Assembly (NCBI GenBank): GCA_044866005.1
Contig: JBIOTN010000231.1
Coordinates: 1-18,130, forward strand
Length of the DNA: 18,130 nucleotides
Direction of reading: 5' to 3'
Source: Candidatus Rokuibacteriota bacterium
GTDB lineage: Bacteria > Methylomirabilota > Methylomirabilia > Rokubacteriales > DASRDR01
Positions within the stretch are counted from its first letter, which is position 1; each line of letters starts with the position of its first letter. This document shows positions 15,861-18,130 of the stretch, one piece after another. The position numbers were made by a program, and so were the translations under genes. The notes beneath the pieces were generated by a model. The model was not told the DNA's origin. It worked only from the letters and a program-made list of their open reading frames with translations, and did not search any database.

Positions 15861-17542
15861 CACATCGCCTCGGGAGCCGTGATGCCCAGGAGTCCGAGGC
15901 CGTTCCGGATCACCTGCCCCACGGCCGCCGCGAGGGCAAGCCGGGCGCGGGTGAGCGCGGGCTCCTCGGGCCGCACCACGCGGTAGGCCGGCGTGTGCGT
16001 CCCGAGATAGTGGTAGCCGTGGAACTGAGCCGCCAGCTCGTGGAGGTAGACGGCGACGCGGTGCGGCTCGCAGGCCCGCGCCGCGCCGGCCACGAGCGCG
16101 GGGTAGCGCAGGAGCGTCTTGATCAGGCCCAGCTCCTCGCGCGCCGTCAGCAGGCCGAGGTCGACCTCCGTCCAGTCCTCGACCGGCGGCACCCCGCGCT
16201 CGCGCGCGTGCTTGCCGATGCTCGCCAGCCGCGCGTGGGCGTACTGGACGTAGAAGACCGGGTTCTTCTGCCAGTCCCGCTCGGTGGCCGCCTCGAGGTC
16301 GAAGTTGAGATGGCTCTCCGCGCTCCGCGTCACCATGAAGTAGCGGAAGACGTCCGCGCTCCCGACCTGGTCGAGGAGGTCGTCCACGGTCACGTACGTC
16401 GCCCGGCGGGTGGACATCTTCACCTCGACGCCCCCGCGCGTGATCGTCACGAACTGGTGGATGAGGTAGCGGATGCGCTCCGCCGGCAGGCCGAGCGCGC
16501 CGATGGCGGCGAGGACGTCCTTGGCCTCCTCGATGTGGTCCGCGCCCTGGATGTTCAGGATCCGGTCGAAGCCGCGCCGCAGCTTCTCGCGATGGTACGC
16601 GATGTCGGGCAGCCGGTAGGTGGGCTCGCCGCTCCCCTTCACCAGCACGCGGTCCTGCGGCCGGCCGAGCGCGGAGAGCCGGAGCCAGATGGCGCCGTCC
16701 TTCTCGTAGACGAGACCGCGCTCGCGGAGCGCCTGGAGCGTCTCGTCCACCTTCCCCTCGGCGTAGAGCGCGGCCTCGTTGGAGTAGACGTCGAAGTCGA
16801 TGCCGAGACGGCGAAGCGTCCGGCGGATATCCGCGAAGATCGCCGATTCCGCGGCCTCCCGGAAGACCGCCTCGTGCCCCTCGCCCGCCAGCGCGTCGCC
16901 GTGGGCGTCCCGGAGGGCCTGGGCGATCTCGCGGATGTAGTCGCCCTGGTAGCCGTCCTCGGGAAGCGCGGCGGGCCGCCCGGTGAGCTCGAGGTAGCGC
17001 GCGCGGACGGATTCGCCGAGGACCCGCATCTGCCGGCCCGCGTCGTTGAAGTAGTACTCGCGGACCGTCTCGTATCCCATCGCCTGGAAGAGGCGCGCCA
17101 CGCAGTCCCCCAGGATGGCCTGGCGCCCGTGCCCGAGCGTGAGCGGCCCGGTCGGGTTCGCGCTCACGAACTCGACCTGGGCCCGGAGCCCCGCACCCTC
17201 GCGGCTCCGGCCGTACTCCGCACCGGCGGCGAGGAGTCGGGCCAGACCCGCGTGACAGAAGCTCGGCGCGAGGAACACGTTGAGGAAGCCCGGGCCGGCG
17301 ACGTCGGCACGCTCCACGGCCTCGCTCGGCGGCAGGTGGCTCCGGATCGCCTCGGCGATCTGGCGGGGCGGGCGCCGCGCCGTCTTCCCGAGGAGCATCG
17401 CGACGTTCGTGGCGTAGTCGCCGTGTGCCGCCTCGCGCGGGACGTCCCACAGGATGTCGGCGGCGGCGAGGGGCGGCAGCCCGGCGCGCACCAGGGCCTC
17501 GTGGACCGCTTCGGAGAGGACTCGCGTCACGTCCTCGACCAC
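15860..17542 (-). CDS. argS: Arginine--tRNA ligase
   Basis: HGDYATN, AGPGFLN, VEFVSANPTGPLTLGHGR, EYYFNDAG, KMSTR, NPVFYVQYAHAR, APEAM terminus. Start GTG 17542 preferred over 17581 because of the promoter position. Confidence 0.96.
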   Translation of the reverse strand: MVEDVTRVLSEAVHEALVRAGLPPLAAADILWDVPREAAHGDYATNVAMLLGKTARRPPRQIAEAIRSHLPPSEAVERADVAGPGFLNVFLAPSFCHAGLARLLAAGAEYGRSREGAGLRAQVEFVSANPTGPLTLGHGRQAILGDCVARLFQAMGYETVREYYFNDAGRQMRVLGESVRARYLELTGRPAALPEDGYQGDYIREIAQALRDAHGDALAGEGHEAVFREAAESAIFADIRRTLRRLGIDFDVYSNEAALYAEGKVDETLQALRERGLVYEKDGAIWLRLSALGRPQDRVLVKGSGEPTYRLPDIAYHREKLRRGFDRILNIQGADHIEEAKDVLAAIGALGLPAERIRYLIHQFVTITRGGVEVKMSTRRATYVTVDDLLDQVGSADVFRYFMVTRSAESHLNFDLEAATERDWQKNPVFYVQYAHARLASIGKHARERGVPPVEDWTEVDLGLLTAREELGLIKTLLRYPALVAGAARACEPHRVAVYLHELAAQFHGYHYLGTHTPAYRVVRPEEPALTRARLALAAAVGQVIRNGLGLLGITAPEAM

Positions 17543-17583
17543 GTCGTCAGCACCGATCGGAGCTCCAGGACGCAATTTCACCC

Positions 17584-17612
17584 ACTATAGCCCAGCGAAA
17601 AAATGCCGGCAA
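17584..17612 (-). promoter_or_regulatory. sigma70-type promoter for argS
   Basis: Minus strand TTGCCG (17612-17607), 17 bp, TATAGT (17589-17584), with T-tracts upstream and in the spacer. Confidence 0.75.
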
Positions 17613-17626
17613 AGAAAAACGGGGCG

Positions 17627-18130
17627 TTATCTCAGCTGGAACACGACGGGAAGCCGGATCGTGAGGACACGTGCGGCGAGCGCGGCGGGGAAGGGAAACG
17701 GCGTCGCCTCGCGGACCGCGCGGATCGCGGCCTCGCGCAAGAGCTCCGTCCCGCCGGGCCCGAGCGCCGTGACCTCCGTGAGCCGTCCGGTCGCGTCGAG
17801 CCTGAGCTCGAGCTCGATCGTGCCGTGAAGCCGCCGGCGCACCGCAGCCCACGGATAGACGAGCCGCTCCTGGATCCGCTGGCGCAGCGCGCGGACGTAC
17901 GGCTCGTACTCGGGCGGCACCGGCACGCCGGAGTGCCGCGGGAGCGCCGCGAGCGCCGCGTCGTGTCCGGACGGGCCGTCCTCCCGCCCCGCCGTGGCGC
18001 GGTCGCCGGCCGGCACCGCCACGCCGAGCGGAGTCTCGCCGGCCGCCCCCGGGCTCGTCGCCTCGTGGGCCGCACGCGCCTCCGCGCCCTCCCGGCTCGC
18101 CGCGGGCCCGGGGCCCGGGAGCGCGGGGCT
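17627..18130 (-). CDS. TonB family energy transducer, C-terminal part (5' end outside window)
   Basis: YVRALRQRIQERLVYP..GTIELELRLDATG..LREAAIRAVREATPF..PVVFQL TonB_C pattern after a Pro/Ala/Gly-rich linker; the frame stays open to the window edge. Confidence 0.85.
   Translation of the reverse strand, partial: SPALPGPGPAASREGAEARAAHEATSPGAAGETPLGVAVPAGDRATAGREDGPSGHDAALAALPRHSGVPVPPEYEPYVRALRQRIQERLVYPWAAVRRRLHGTIELELRLDATGRLTEVTALGPGGTELLREAAIRAVREATPFPFPAALAARVLTIRLPVVFQLR

Noticed and set aside
15066..17450. 794-aa ORF as a giant SPOR protein
   Set aside because: The upstream part is an alternate frame over argS; the real gene starts at about 15860.

Overview
Very GC-rich (roughly three-quarters G+C by eye) bacterial chromosomal region made mostly of housekeeping genes. 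TonB, a lipoprotein and a BamC-like protein point to a diderm; the GC level, gene order and intergenic repeat style recall Candidatus Rokubacteria/Methylomirabilota, but that is an unverified impression. Almost all genes are on the minus strand. In transcription order they are: tonB-like (partial), argS, SPOR protein, hpt, ftsH, folP, cdaA, cdaR, glmM, exported BamC-like protein, metzincin lipoprotein, acpS, nnr, tsaE, radC; then pyrD on the plus strand, divergent from a Mut7-C RNase; then a PAS hybrid histidine kinase, a small membrane protein and tRNA-Val(CAC). I see no CRISPR array, transposase, integrase or defence island. The most interesting signals are: (1) a dispersed intergenic repeat family sitting 3-6 nt after stop codons, whose core is a G-tract/G-tract/C-tract mirror-plus-palindrome able to form an intramolecular triplex; (2) a probable CTG start codon for tsaE; (3) a consensus sigma54 promoter giving a near-leaderless radC; (4) a dihydroorotate dehydrogenase mixing class 1 and class 2 signatures.
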